Below are positions 24,688-33,940 of a DNA stretch of 38,891 bases, piece by piece (within the stretch, counting starts at the first letter, position 1; each line of letters begins with the position of its first letter). A program made the translations under genes and the position numbers. Source of the DNA: a virus (taxonomy: Duplodnaviria; Caudoviricetes); the IMG/VR virus record IMGVR_UViG_3300049042_000257, positions 1 through 38,891 of that record; one strand, given 5' to 3'. A model generated the notes under the pieces. That model was given only the letters and a program-made list of their open reading frames with translations. It ran no database searches and had not been told where the DNA came from.

Positions 24688-26350
24688 CCTCGAGGAAATC
24701 CACTCGTTCCTTCCCCGCGAAGACCGAGTGTCGATCCCCAAGTCAGCGCCGTCTAGTGACGTTGACTTTCTCGGTTCGCAGCGCAACGTCAAGCTGGCAC
24801 TCAAGCTGATCGAAGCGTACGCTGCCAAGCTCAAAGACGCACTCTCATTGTACAGGCCGCTCCCCGGAGCGGCTTCTGCGTTTCATGCCTCCAAGGCCCA
24901 GACGCGGCTCGTGTCGGGGTCTAATCAGGCGGGCAAGACTCTCTGTGCCGAGGCTGAGTTCGCTCGCCTCGCTCGCGGCATGGACCCGTTCGGAAAGCGT
25001 CCGCCTCGCGGCCAGAAGATGCTGGCTGTCGGAAAAGACCTGGCGCACATCGGGCAGGTTATGTGGCGGAAGCTGCACTGGACCGGTGCGTTTGAGATCG
25101 TCCAGGACGAGATCACGGGCAACTGGCGATCAGTGCGGCCCGATCCGAATAACATCCAGGTCACCGATCCGATTGACCTGGCACGTCGGCATCTCTGGCT
25201 GCCGTCGCCTCCGATGATCCCAACCAGCGACATTGTCGACATGGCGTGGGAGTCGAAGGGCGAGGGCATTCCGTCGATTGTGCATCTGCGCAACGGCTCC
25301 GAGATTATGTTCCGCACCTCGCGCGGCGATCCGCCGAACGGCGTTCAACTGGACGTCATTCACTTCGACGAGGAAATCGAGAACAAGAAGTGGTATCCAG
25401 AAATGATCCCGCGCATGGCGCGGACGGGCGGCATCTTCTTCTGGTCGGCTACGCCGCAATCGCAAACTCCGCAGTTCTATTCGCTGCACCGCGACTGCAT
25501 GGACGGCGATGTGGGAATCGAGGAGTTCAGCCTGCTCATCGAGGACAACCCGTACTTTGATCCCAAGGACAAGGAGATCATGCGGAAGCGTCTGCTGTCG
25601 TACGGCGAGGACGAATACGCCGTGCGTTGGAAGGGCAAGTACGCCATTCAGGGCCGCGAGGTCTACCCGACGTACCACCAGAAGACGCAGTCAATCGACC
25701 TGGCCTATGTGCCCGACGACTGGATGCGGCTCGTTGTGATCGATCCAGGCAGCCAGGTCAGCGCGTTCTTGATTATGGCGGTTCCGCCCACAAAGGAGGC
25801 TCTCTACGTCATTGACGAGTGTGAGCTTCAAAATCAAGACGCCTTCGCCATGGCGCAGGAGATCAAGAAGAAGCTGAACGGCAGGATTCCAGAGGCTTAC
25901 ATCATTGACAAGCGGGCCGGGGTTCAAATTCCCATGGGCCGCAACGACCGCACTGCGGATCACTACATGAAGGAGTTCCGCAAGGTCGGAGTTCCTGACG
26001 CTGTCGTGAATCCAGGCGGATTTGTGTACGGCTGTGACATCCCGGCCGCACGCGAGCTTTCGGTTAAATCGCTGCTAAATACCGGGAAGCTCAAGTTTCG
26101 CGGTGAAGCGACGAGCCGGTTGGACCTCCAGATTAAGAATCGGTATTACGACAAAAACAACCCCGATTCTCGGGAGCGCAGAACCAAGCACGACTTGGTC
26201 GACTGCCTGGAGTACGGCTGTGCGTTTTTCGACGACAACGGACTGTACTGGAACGAGCCTCCGAAACCGAAGGTAATTATGTCCGAAAAGAGCGAGCGAG
26301 TCTGGAGGGCTTTTCAAGCCAAGAAAAAGCGCGGTTGGAAAATAGGCTAG
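24665..26350 (+). CDS. terL: Terminase large subunit
   Basis: Walker A GSNQAGKT, Walker B VIHFDEE, SATP, nuclease IDPG and HDLVDCLEY. Confidence 0.93.
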   Translation: MAKTFLLDLEEIHSFLPREDRVSIPKSAPSSDVDFLGSQRNVKLALKLIEAYAAKLKDALSLYRPLPGAASAFHASKAQTRLVSGSNQAGKTLCAEAEFARLARGMDPFGKRPPRGQKMLAVGKDLAHIGQVMWRKLHWTGAFEIVQDEITGNWRSVRPDPNNIQVTDPIDLARRHLWLPSPPMIPTSDIVDMAWESKGEGIPSIVHLRNGSEIMFRTSRGDPPNGVQLDVIHFDEEIENKKWYPEMIPRMARTGGIFFWSATPQSQTPQFYSLHRDCMDGDVGIEEFSLLIEDNPYFDPKDKEIMRKRLLSYGEDEYAVRWKGKYAIQGREVYPTYHQKTQSIDLAYVPDDWMRLVVIDPGSQVSAFLIMAVPPTKEALYVIDECELQNQDAFAMAQEIKKKLNGRIPEAYIIDKRAGVQIPMGRNDRTADHYMKEFRKVGVPDAVVNPGGFVYGCDIPAARELSVKSLLNTGKLKFRGEATSRLDLQIKNRYYDKNNPDSRERRTKHDLVDCLEYGCAFFDDNGLYWNEPPKPKVIMSEKSERVWRAFQAKKKRGWKIG

Positions 26351-26426
26351 CCGTTGGGTTGTATACGATACATCCGTTCACCTAAAATCAAGATCACGTT
26401 ACTCCACGTCTCCACTGGAACTTATT

Positions 26427-26906
26427 ATGGCATTTGATTTTGCGCTCGACGTTCACCCTGGCGACACGGTGATTTACTACGCTCACCCTGGTTCTCGCGG
26501 CTATCCGGCTATTGCGGTCCACAAGGGGAACGACACCATTGAGTGCGTTGTGTACGCATACAACGGCGCTCAACTGAGTGCTAGCGGCAAGTCAGGTGTC
26601 CGCCACGTCCAAGACGAACTCGTGAAAGACCCGATTCGACTGGCCGGGATCATCGACGACGGGGACTCCGGCTTCTTCGACCTGCACCCCGACAAGGTGC
26701 TATTGAAGACGCTCGTTGAGCGACTCCAGGACGTTGAGAAGGAAGTGTTTAAGAAGAAGGGCGGCAGGGCCCCGATTCGCCCGGCAGCAGAGGATGAAGC
26801 TCCTGCGGTGATCGCCGATACCTCGTTCCGCCTTGACAACTCGGCACCCGAATTGACGCCGGAACAAAAGGCCGAACGCAAGCGAATTCTTGAAGAGGTA
26901 CGTTAA
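26427..26906 (+). CDS. Hypothetical protein
   Basis: Coherent ORF between TerL and portal. Confidence 0.75.
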   Translation: MAFDFALDVHPGDTVIYYAHPGSRGYPAIAVHKGNDTIECVVYAYNGAQLSASGKSGVRHVQDELVKDPIRLAGIIDDGDSGFFDLHPDKVLLKTLVERLQDVEKEVFKKKGGRAPIRPAAEDEAPAVIADTSFRLDNSAPELTPEQKAERKRILEEVR

Positions 26907-29075
26907 TTGTCGCAAGTCCTTCGCTCCATTCAGAAGAAGTGGATGAGCCTGATTCGCAAGGCTCAAGAAGACAAGTGGGACAAGTTCGGCAAGGCTGCGG
27001 CCGAGTCGATGATGTTCTACGGGTCGGACGACCACTCTTTTATCTTCCGGCGAGAATACGCCTCGTCTTCGGGGCTGCGCGTTAAGGGAGCGGATGATTC
27101 GGCTGGTGGTGACGGTGCTGGGTTGACCTTCGAGGCTACCGCCAACCTCGTAAGCAACGTCGTGTCCGTCTTCTTGCCGGTGCTCTATCACCGGAATCCG
27201 GTTCGCACCATCAGCCCTCGCAAACCAAACATCAGCAGCGAGCTTCTGGATCGGTATCGGCAGATGCAGATTCAGAAGACGCTCATGATGGCATCACAGA
27301 CGATGGGCATGGACCCGGCGATGATGATGCAGGCGCAGCAGGGCATCATGGAGACCATGCAGCAGATGCAGATGCAGACCGAGGAAACTTCGGTCACTGA
27401 CAAGCTGCGGGCCTCGCTCCTGGAGTGGTATATGAACTATACCCCCAAGGAACTGAACCTAAAAGACCGCGCCCGTGACGCGATCATCGAAGCGATTGTG
27501 AAGGGCATGGGCCTGCTGTGGGTGGCGATTGATGACTCGGGCGACCGTCGAGTGACGGGCCTTGAGTACGACTCGGTCGACCACTTATTTATCGACCCCG
27601 ATGCCGAGCGTCTCGAAGACGCCAAGTGGATTGCACGGCGTAAGCGTCGGCCGGTGTGGGAGGTTGAACGCGAGTTCGGCCTTGAGCCCGGATCGATCAA
27701 GGCGACCGACACGTCCGTTGAGTCCGAGGCGGAAGCCGAATGCACCGACGAGTTCGAGCGTGCCTTCGACGCACAAGAGGGTAAGACCTCTGACCTCATG
27801 GTCTACTACGAAATCTGGTCGCGCATGGGCGTCGGCCAACGCATTAGCGGTGGATTCGACGAGGAGCTTGATAAGTCGGTAATCGCCACTCTCGAGGAGT
27901 TCGGCGACTACGCCTACGTCGTGGTCAGTCCGTCGCACGAGGTTCCGCTGAATCTGCCCGAGGAGGTCGTCAATCAAGAAGACCAGGCCCAGGCCGGAGC
28001 GGAGGTCGTCGAGCGGCTAAAATGGCCCGCCGAGTTCTACAAGCACCGCAGTAATCCGTGGCCGTTTGCCGCGCTCTCGTTCCGGCGAGTGCCGCGCAAG
28101 GTGTGGCCGCAGTCGTACATTCATCCAGCGATGGGCTATCAAAAGTGCATCAACTGGATTCTCTCGTTCCTGATGGCTCGCGTGAAGATCACGTCGCGTG
28201 CCTTCATCGTCGTGCCTCGCGGCGTCGAAGATGAAATCAAGAACGCGATCCTGAGCGGAAAAGACCTGACGTTGCTGGAGATCAACTCGCAGCACGCTGG
28301 GACGATGGATCAGTTGGTACAGTTCGTCAAGATGCCCGAGGAAAATGCAAACATCTGGACGTTGCTGTCGGCGCTGAAGCGCGAGTTCGAGGACGCCACG
28401 GGCGTCACGGAACTCAACCTGTCGGGCCGTAGTTCTACGCAGATGCGTTCGGCTGCCGAAGCGGACCTAAAGCGCGACGTGCTCTCGGTCCGCCCGGACG
28501 ACATGGCTAACGCCGTTGACTCGTGGATGTCGGACGCGGCGTTCCTGGAAGCCATTGCGGCCAGGTCGCTCTTAACCGCTGACGACGTAGCCCCCGTATT
28601 TGGCGAGAAGCCAGCCGAGGGTGAAGACGGAGCCGGCATCGGCGAGTTCACGCGGCTGTGGGTCGAGCTTGTTCAAACGACTGACACGGATCGCATCGTC
28701 TCGGAATTCGAGTACGGCGTTGAGTCCGGTTCAGCGCGCAAGCCTGACCGCGCCAAGGAAGTCCAGAACATCGACGAAGGCTCGCAACTGATTCTCCAGC
28801 AGTTCATTCAGATTTGGCAGACGACGGGCGATCCGTCGAAGTTCAATGCCTGGATTGAGATGTGGGCTAAGTCCCGAGAATTTGAAGGCTACGAGGCGAT
28901 GTTCCTGCCGGATATGTCGGAGTTCATTCAGCAACAGCAAGCCATGCAGATGGGGATGATGGGTCCGCCGCCCGGACCGGGCCAGGGTCCGCCTCCGGAG
29001 GAAATGCCTCCCGACGGCATGATGATGGCCGATCAGCAGATGCAAGAAATGCCACCCCAGGGTATGCCGCAATGA
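26907..29075 (+). CDS. Portal protein (podovirus/P22-like)
   Basis: 722 aa after TerL; DAIIEAIVKGMG, FIDPDA, YEIW, ATGV..L.G, SAAEA; Gln/Met/Pro-rich tail. Confidence 0.85.
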   Translation: MSQVLRSIQKKWMSLIRKAQEDKWDKFGKAAAESMMFYGSDDHSFIFRREYASSSGLRVKGADDSAGGDGAGLTFEATANLVSNVVSVFLPVLYHRNPVRTISPRKPNISSELLDRYRQMQIQKTLMMASQTMGMDPAMMMQAQQGIMETMQQMQMQTEETSVTDKLRASLLEWYMNYTPKELNLKDRARDAIIEAIVKGMGLLWVAIDDSGDRRVTGLEYDSVDHLFIDPDAERLEDAKWIARRKRRPVWEVEREFGLEPGSIKATDTSVESEAEAECTDEFERAFDAQEGKTSDLMVYYEIWSRMGVGQRISGGFDEELDKSVIATLEEFGDYAYVVVSPSHEVPLNLPEEVVNQEDQAQAGAEVVERLKWPAEFYKHRSNPWPFAALSFRRVPRKVWPQSYIHPAMGYQKCINWILSFLMARVKITSRAFIVVPRGVEDEIKNAILSGKDLTLLEINSQHAGTMDQLVQFVKMPEENANIWTLLSALKREFEDATGVTELNLSGRSSTQMRSAAEADLKRDVLSVRPDDMANAVDSWMSDAAFLEAIAARSLLTADDVAPVFGEKPAEGEDGAGIGEFTRLWVELVQTTDTDRIVSEFEYGVESGSARKPDRAKEVQNIDEGSQLILQQFIQIWQTTGDPSKFNAWIEMWAKSREFEGYEAMFLPDMSEFIQQQQAMQMGMMGPPPGPGQGPPPEEMPPDGMMMADQQMQEMPPQGMPQ

Positions 29076-29677
29076 GTGTGATCGATACGGTCGATGTGCC
29101 TGATGAGATCGCCGAGTACGGCGCAACCGCCGTCGAGCGATACCTTGAGTGGTGCCACAAGAACGACGGCGAGCCGGTCGGTGAGTTTCAGAAAGACCTG
29201 GCTGTCATGTTCGCTCGCCAGCGAGCCCATGGACTCAAGGGCACGGACACGCAGAACTTCCGTGGCGTAGCCTCGGGCAACCCGTTTCCGAACATGCCCG
29301 AGTCCCTGCGTCAGCACTACATCAAGCAGTGCAAGGCCCAGGGCATCAGCTTCTCGGGCAAGGTGTACAAGAGCGGCCTCGTTCGCAAGGGTTTCGGTGG
29401 TTTACGCATGGACCCCGAGGCGCTGGTCGATTCGACGGCCGACGTTCGCAAGCTCGTTGAAAGTCGCGGCTGGACGTGCGAGGGCATGGTCAATGTCAAG
29501 GGCCCGTCGTTCGACGACTACGACGACAGCAAGCCGTACTCGGTTGCAGAAAATATCCTCGACGAGCACGTTGCCGACGAGGTGATCGAGAAGCACGGTG
29601 GTCGCATTAAGAAAAAAGACTACGCCGATCTTCGGCTCAAAATCAAGCGCAAGCTAGAAGGTGGAATGAATGGCTGA
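29072..29677 (+). CDS. Hypothetical protein
   Basis: ATGA coupling to portal. Confidence 0.75.
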   Translation: MSVIDTVDVPDEIAEYGATAVERYLEWCHKNDGEPVGEFQKDLAVMFARQRAHGLKGTDTQNFRGVASGNPFPNMPESLRQHYIKQCKAQGISFSGKVYKSGLVRKGFGGLRMDPEALVDSTADVRKLVESRGWTCEGMVNVKGPSFDDYDDSKPYSVAENILDEHVADEVIEKHGGRIKKKDYADLRLKIKRKLEGGMNG

Positions 29678-30287
29678 TGTAGCAATCGATATGGGCGGTC
29701 GCCAGTTCGTTAAGGCCACCTCGTCTACCGGCGATCACAAGCCGGGTGACTTCGCCATTCTGTCCGTGAAGGCAGAGGCTACCGAGAATCACGTCGGCGC
29801 GGTCGGCGGGGCACTGACCCGTGCTTCAGGGAACTTCACTCGCCCGGCAGACACTACCGCCTACGCATCCGGCGATCTCGTCGCGAACAGCACGACGGCT
29901 GGCAGCGTCGTCCCCGTCACGCTCACGGTCGGACGCGGTGCGTCAGGATCGGCTGCGACCGGGATTATTCGCCGACTCAAGCTCAAGAAAAGCACGGCGA
30001 GTACGACGAACGCCAGCTTCCGCGTTCACCTCTACGCCGCGAGCCCGACTGTCACGAACGGCGACAACGGGGCATGGCTCTCGATTGAGTCGACGTATCT
30101 CGGTGCTTTCGATGTAACGGTCGATCTCGCGTTCAGCGATGCGGCTGTCGGCGTCGGCGCACCCGTCACGGGCAGCGACGTGGCGTTCACGACCCAGGCT
30201 GTTTACGCGATGATGGAAGCTCGCGGTGCATACACTCCCGGCAGCGCCGAGGTGTTCACTCTCACGGCCGAGGTTCTGCAAAACTAA
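29670..30287 (+). CDS. Putative virion protein (beta-rich)
   Basis: Thr/Ala/Ser-rich; TRPADTTAYASGD; structural module. Confidence 0.7.
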   Translation: MADVAIDMGGRQFVKATSSTGDHKPGDFAILSVKAEATENHVGAVGGALTRASGNFTRPADTTAYASGDLVANSTTAGSVVPVTLTVGRGASGSAATGIIRRLKLKKSTASTTNASFRVHLYAASPTVTNGDNGAWLSIESTYLGAFDVTVDLAFSDAAVGVGAPVTGSDVAFTTQAVYAMMEARGAYTPGSAEVFTLTAEVLQN

Positions 30288-30288
30288 C

Positions 30289-30441
30289 ATGCCCATCCTG
30301 ATCTGCTCACCATTTAACGTAGCCTTGCTTACCTCATTACAGCCTGAAGCCGCCCCGCCTGTGCCGGGGGTGCAGATGCTGACCGAGGACAGCCAGGATT
30401 TACTCACCGAAGATAGCATCGAACTGTTTACCGAAGGGTAG
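30289..30441 (+). CDS. Small virion protein with LTED repeats
   Basis: MLTEDSQDLLTEDSIELFTEG pattern; ATG 30289; precedes the fibre gene. Confidence 0.65.
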   Translation: MPILICSPFNVALLTSLQPEAAPPVPGVQMLTEDSQDLLTEDSIELFTEG

Positions 30442-30444
30442 TCA

Positions 30445-32259
30445 ATGTCCGTAAAAATCTCAGACTTAACGGCAGCGACTGCCGCTAGCTTAAACGAAGT
30501 TACTTCGTTGTTTCCGGTCGTTATTACGGCCGACGCCGTAGACGGTACGAAAGCAATCCCTGCTGGTGAACTGGCTGACTACGTTGTAGCCAGCATCGCG
30601 GTGGGTGAACTCGACGGCACGGCTATCACCAACGGAACACTAACGGCAGACCAACTCGCTACTGGTGCTGCTGTTGCTAACATCGGTGCTGGTGGGATTA
30701 CTTCCACCGAACTTGGTGCCGGTGCTGCTGCCGGTAATCTTGGTGCCGGTGAAATTAGCGACACGATGCTCGCCGCCGGTGCTGCTGTTGCCAACATCGG
30801 TGCTGGTGGAATTACTAACACCGAACTCGCTGCGGGTGCCGCTGTCGCGAATATCGGTGCTGGTGGAATTACTACGACGGAGATTGGTGCTGGTGCCGTC
30901 GATCTTTCGACGCAAGTCAGCGGCGCGCTATCGGGTGCGAGCGTTGGGCTGACCTCGGGGGCTCTCCTCGTCGGTGATGTTGGCAATGCCGGTAGCGACT
31001 TGGTACTAACGTCGGGACAAATCATCGTCGGGAGTGCGGAAGGAATTGCTACGGCCGTCTCCGTAAGTGGTGATGCAACGATGGACGACACGGGAGCGTT
31101 CACGATCGCCGTCGCACTCGGCGGTCTTACGGTTACGACCGGAGCCCTAGTTACTGGTGTTGCCGGTGCCGGTGCCGAACTGGCCCTTACCGATGGTCAA
31201 ATGATCGTCGGGGATGCGAGCGGCTATGCCAGTGCGGCTACCATGAGCGGTGACGCTACCATCAGCAATACGGGTGTTCTCACGCTCTCCGCCGGTGTCG
31301 CTGTTGCTAACATCGGTGCTGGTGGAATCACTAACACCGAACTTGCTGCCGGTGCTGCTGTTGCTAACATCGGTGCTGGTGGAATCACTAACACCGAACT
31401 TGCTGCCGGTGTCGCTGTTGCTAACATCGGTGCTGGTGGAATCACTAACACCGAACTTGCTGCCGGTGCTGCTGCCGGTAATCTTGGTGCCGGTGAAATT
31501 AGCGACACGATGCTCGCCGCTGGTGCTGCCAATAGCAACATCGGTGCTGGCGGGCTGACCACAGCTAACGTCGCACTCACCAATGGCAATCTTCTCGTTG
31601 GCGATGCAAGCGGTCAAGGCGTGGCGTTGTCAGTCCCGGCAGGCAACATCGTGATTGGTGATGCCAGCGGGTTGGCTATTGCTGTCGCTCCGACTGGCGA
31701 TGTTTCAATGGATAGTGGTGGTATTTTCACTGCCACTGTCGCACTCGGCGGACTCACAGTTACTACGGGTGCCGTTGTTATCGGCGTCGGTGGCGTCGGC
31801 TCGGAACTGTCGGTCCCGGCAGCTAACATCGTTATCGGTGATGCCAGCGGTTACGCCGTTGCTGCTTCTCCGAGCGGCGACGTTGGCATGGATAGTTCGG
31901 GCTCGTTCGCCGTCAACTCGCTGCAAGGTGGTGTTGCTGTTGCTAACATCGGAGCCGGCGGTATTACCGGAACTGAAATCGCTGCTGCTGCGGTAGACTT
32001 GACTTCGCACGTCACTGGCTTGCTGCCACTAGCTAATCTCGGCATGACTTGGGTGGACGGCGAAGTTCCAAGCGGCACGGTCAACGGCACGAACGACGAC
32101 TTCGATCTTGCCAACACGCCAATCACCGGAAGCGAGCATGTGTACGTCAACGGTTCTCGCCAAAAACCTACGACCCACTACACGATCTCTGGCGTCACAA
32201 TTACGTTCGTAACGCCGCCGTCAAACGGGGCTCTTTTGCTGGTTGACTACCGCTACTAA
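30445..32259 (+). CDS. Gly/Ala-rich repetitive fibre/spike protein
   Basis: KISDL N-terminus; about ten 19-aa repeats; C-terminal domain VPSGTVNGTN...VYVNG...VDYRY. Confidence 0.8.
   Translation: MSVKISDLTAATAASLNEVTSLFPVVITADAVDGTKAIPAGELADYVVASIAVGELDGTAITNGTLTADQLATGAAVANIGAGGITSTELGAGAAAGNLGAGEISDTMLAAGAAVANIGAGGITNTELAAGAAVANIGAGGITTTEIGAGAVDLSTQVSGALSGASVGLTSGALLVGDVGNAGSDLVLTSGQIIVGSAEGIATAVSVSGDATMDDTGAFTIAVALGGLTVTTGALVTGVAGAGAELALTDGQMIVGDASGYASAATMSGDATISNTGVLTLSAGVAVANIGAGGITNTELAAGAAVANIGAGGITNTELAAGVAVANIGAGGITNTELAAGAAAGNLGAGEISDTMLAAGAANSNIGAGGLTTANVALTNGNLLVGDASGQGVALSVPAGNIVIGDASGLAIAVAPTGDVSMDSGGIFTATVALGGLTVTTGAVVIGVGGVGSELSVPAANIVIGDASGYAVAASPSGDVGMDSSGSFAVNSLQGGVAVANIGAGGITGTEIAAAAVDLTSHVTGLLPLANLGMTWVDGEVPSGTVNGTNDDFDLANTPITGSEHVYVNGSRQKPTTHYTISGVTITFVTPPSNGALLLVDYRY
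31291..31518 (+). repeat. 57-nt tandem coding repeats (related block near 30660-30890)
   Basis: Units start at 31291, 31348, 31405, 31462 (AGVAVANIGAGGITNTELA type). Confidence 0.9.
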
Positions 32260-32280
32260 CTTTTCAAGACAAGGTAAAAC

Positions 32281-32943
32281 ATGGGCGCACTTTCCGCACG
32301 ACTTGAAACTCTCCTCCGCAAGCAACTCGGCGAGACCGAGGGCACGGAGATGCACACCGTCCTCGGCACTGAGGTTGCAACGCTCTCGGGCGGCGACGTC
32401 ATGAGCGTGGACCCGAAGACCTCGGTGGGCGTCGGTGCCAAGAACGGCTCCGCAATCACCGCCGTCGAGAACGGCAACGGTGCGGTCCACAAGACCGTGC
32501 TCACGCTGGACTCGCTATCGGTCACGATGACGGACGCAACGACCAGCGGCTGCCACGGGGCGCACAAGCTCTATGACTTTCCGGCCGGGCCGATTCAGAT
32601 TCTCGGGTCGTCGATGAACCTGACGACCCTGGCTGGATCGGGTGGCATCGCCAATGGCGCTGCTCTCGTCGGTTCCATCGGATCAGCGACGGTCGGCACG
32701 AACAATGCCACGCTGACGACCACGGAAGCGGACCTGATCGCCTCGAAGGCGGGCACGCTGACGGCGGGTGCGGGCACTCTCGCCAGCCACGGCTCGCTCG
32801 TCGCCACGGCGTTTGACGGCACCGCGACTGCGGTCGATGCGTTCCTGAACCTTGCTGTGCCCGACGCCGACTCCTCGGCTAGCGACACGGTCACCGTCAA
32901 CGGCACCGTTACCCTGCACTGGATCAACCTGGGCGACTACTAA
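32281..32943 (+). CDS. Putative virion protein
   Basis: AAGG RBS; Thr/Ala/Gly-rich beta domain. Confidence 0.75.
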   Translation: MGALSARLETLLRKQLGETEGTEMHTVLGTEVATLSGGDVMSVDPKTSVGVGAKNGSAITAVENGNGAVHKTVLTLDSLSVTMTDATTSGCHGAHKLYDFPAGPIQILGSSMNLTTLAGSGGIANGAALVGSIGSATVGTNNATLTTTEADLIASKAGTLTAGAGTLASHGSLVATAFDGTATAVDAFLNLAVPDADSSASDTVTVNGTVTLHWINLGDY

Positions 32944-33932
32944 TGGCTCTCTCTGATCGGGCTGAAGAGATTCTGGCAAAGCAACTAGGCAACGGCCGCG
33001 CGGCGGAGTTCCGCGCGGCCTTGGACCTCGCCTACGACAGCGGCGGCAACGACACGCTTAATGCGCGTGGGCGGCTGCTTGCTTCTATTCTGTTTGGCCG
33101 CACTCGCGGAGAGGAGTTCTGCGACATCTCTGATGACGAGGGCTATCCCAGTGGATCGCGGGTTGAGGAGTTGCTTATTCGACTCTTCGGGTCGAGCGAC
33201 GGGCTAGAGTTGTACGACTTGATCTCCGACGCATACGGCACGTCAGTCCCCGCTCCAGACTCAGACTTCGACTTCAATGACTCGGCAAGGACTTGGCAGG
33301 ACGCGGCCGGAACGATCCCAGCAGACACTGTTGGCGATGTCGTGGAGCGGATCGACGACCGCATTGCAGGCGGTTCTCCACTGCTATTGGATTCAGGGAC
33401 TGGCGCGGTTCTAGCTGCGTTCGAGAGCGGCGTCAAATGCGGGCAGTTCGACACCTCGTCGTACTACACGCTTGCCGCATCCATCGCTCGCCACGAACTC
33501 GGCGACGGGGACTTCACAATCGTCTCCGACGTCAACCTTGGTGCGTCTCCGACTGGCGCAATCTTCTCCAAGAATTCGTCAGTATGGTCCGACCCATACG
33601 CCAACTACACAATCCGCCTAGGTGCGGGGTGTGAATACTGGTGCTCGGGTTACATCGGATCGGGAGATGGGGCGTCAATGACGGCCACGCCGGGCTCCGG
33701 CGTTTTGCAGATCGCGATAACGCAGGACGGGACGACTCCGGCCCAGGCTATTTATTTTGATGGAGTGGCTCAAGAGGAGTCGACAGTCGGAATACCTCAG
33801 CTAGTCGCCGACGAAGGGCAACCGTTCATGCTTGGAAGCAATGGCGGTGGAAACCACTGTAACTTCAAGATACGCAGAGTGCGGGTGTTCAAGGGCGTAA
33901 TCCTGACTCCTGCGCAACTCGCCGCACTCTAA
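32943..33932 (+). CDS. Virion protein with C-terminal LamG/ConA-like domain
   Basis: GDFTI, IFSK, IAITQDG, IYFDGV, IRRVRVF...LT pattern; three N-terminal helical repeats. Confidence 0.7.
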   Translation: MALSDRAEEILAKQLGNGRAAEFRAALDLAYDSGGNDTLNARGRLLASILFGRTRGEEFCDISDDEGYPSGSRVEELLIRLFGSSDGLELYDLISDAYGTSVPAPDSDFDFNDSARTWQDAAGTIPADTVGDVVERIDDRIAGGSPLLLDSGTGAVLAAFESGVKCGQFDTSSYYTLAASIARHELGDGDFTIVSDVNLGASPTGAIFSKNSSVWSDPYANYTIRLGAGCEYWCSGYIGSGDGASMTATPGSGVLQIAITQDGTTPAQAIYFDGVAQEESTVGIPQLVADEGQPFMLGSNGGGNHCNFKIRRVRVFKGVILTPAQLAAL

Positions 33933-33940
33933 GGAATCGC

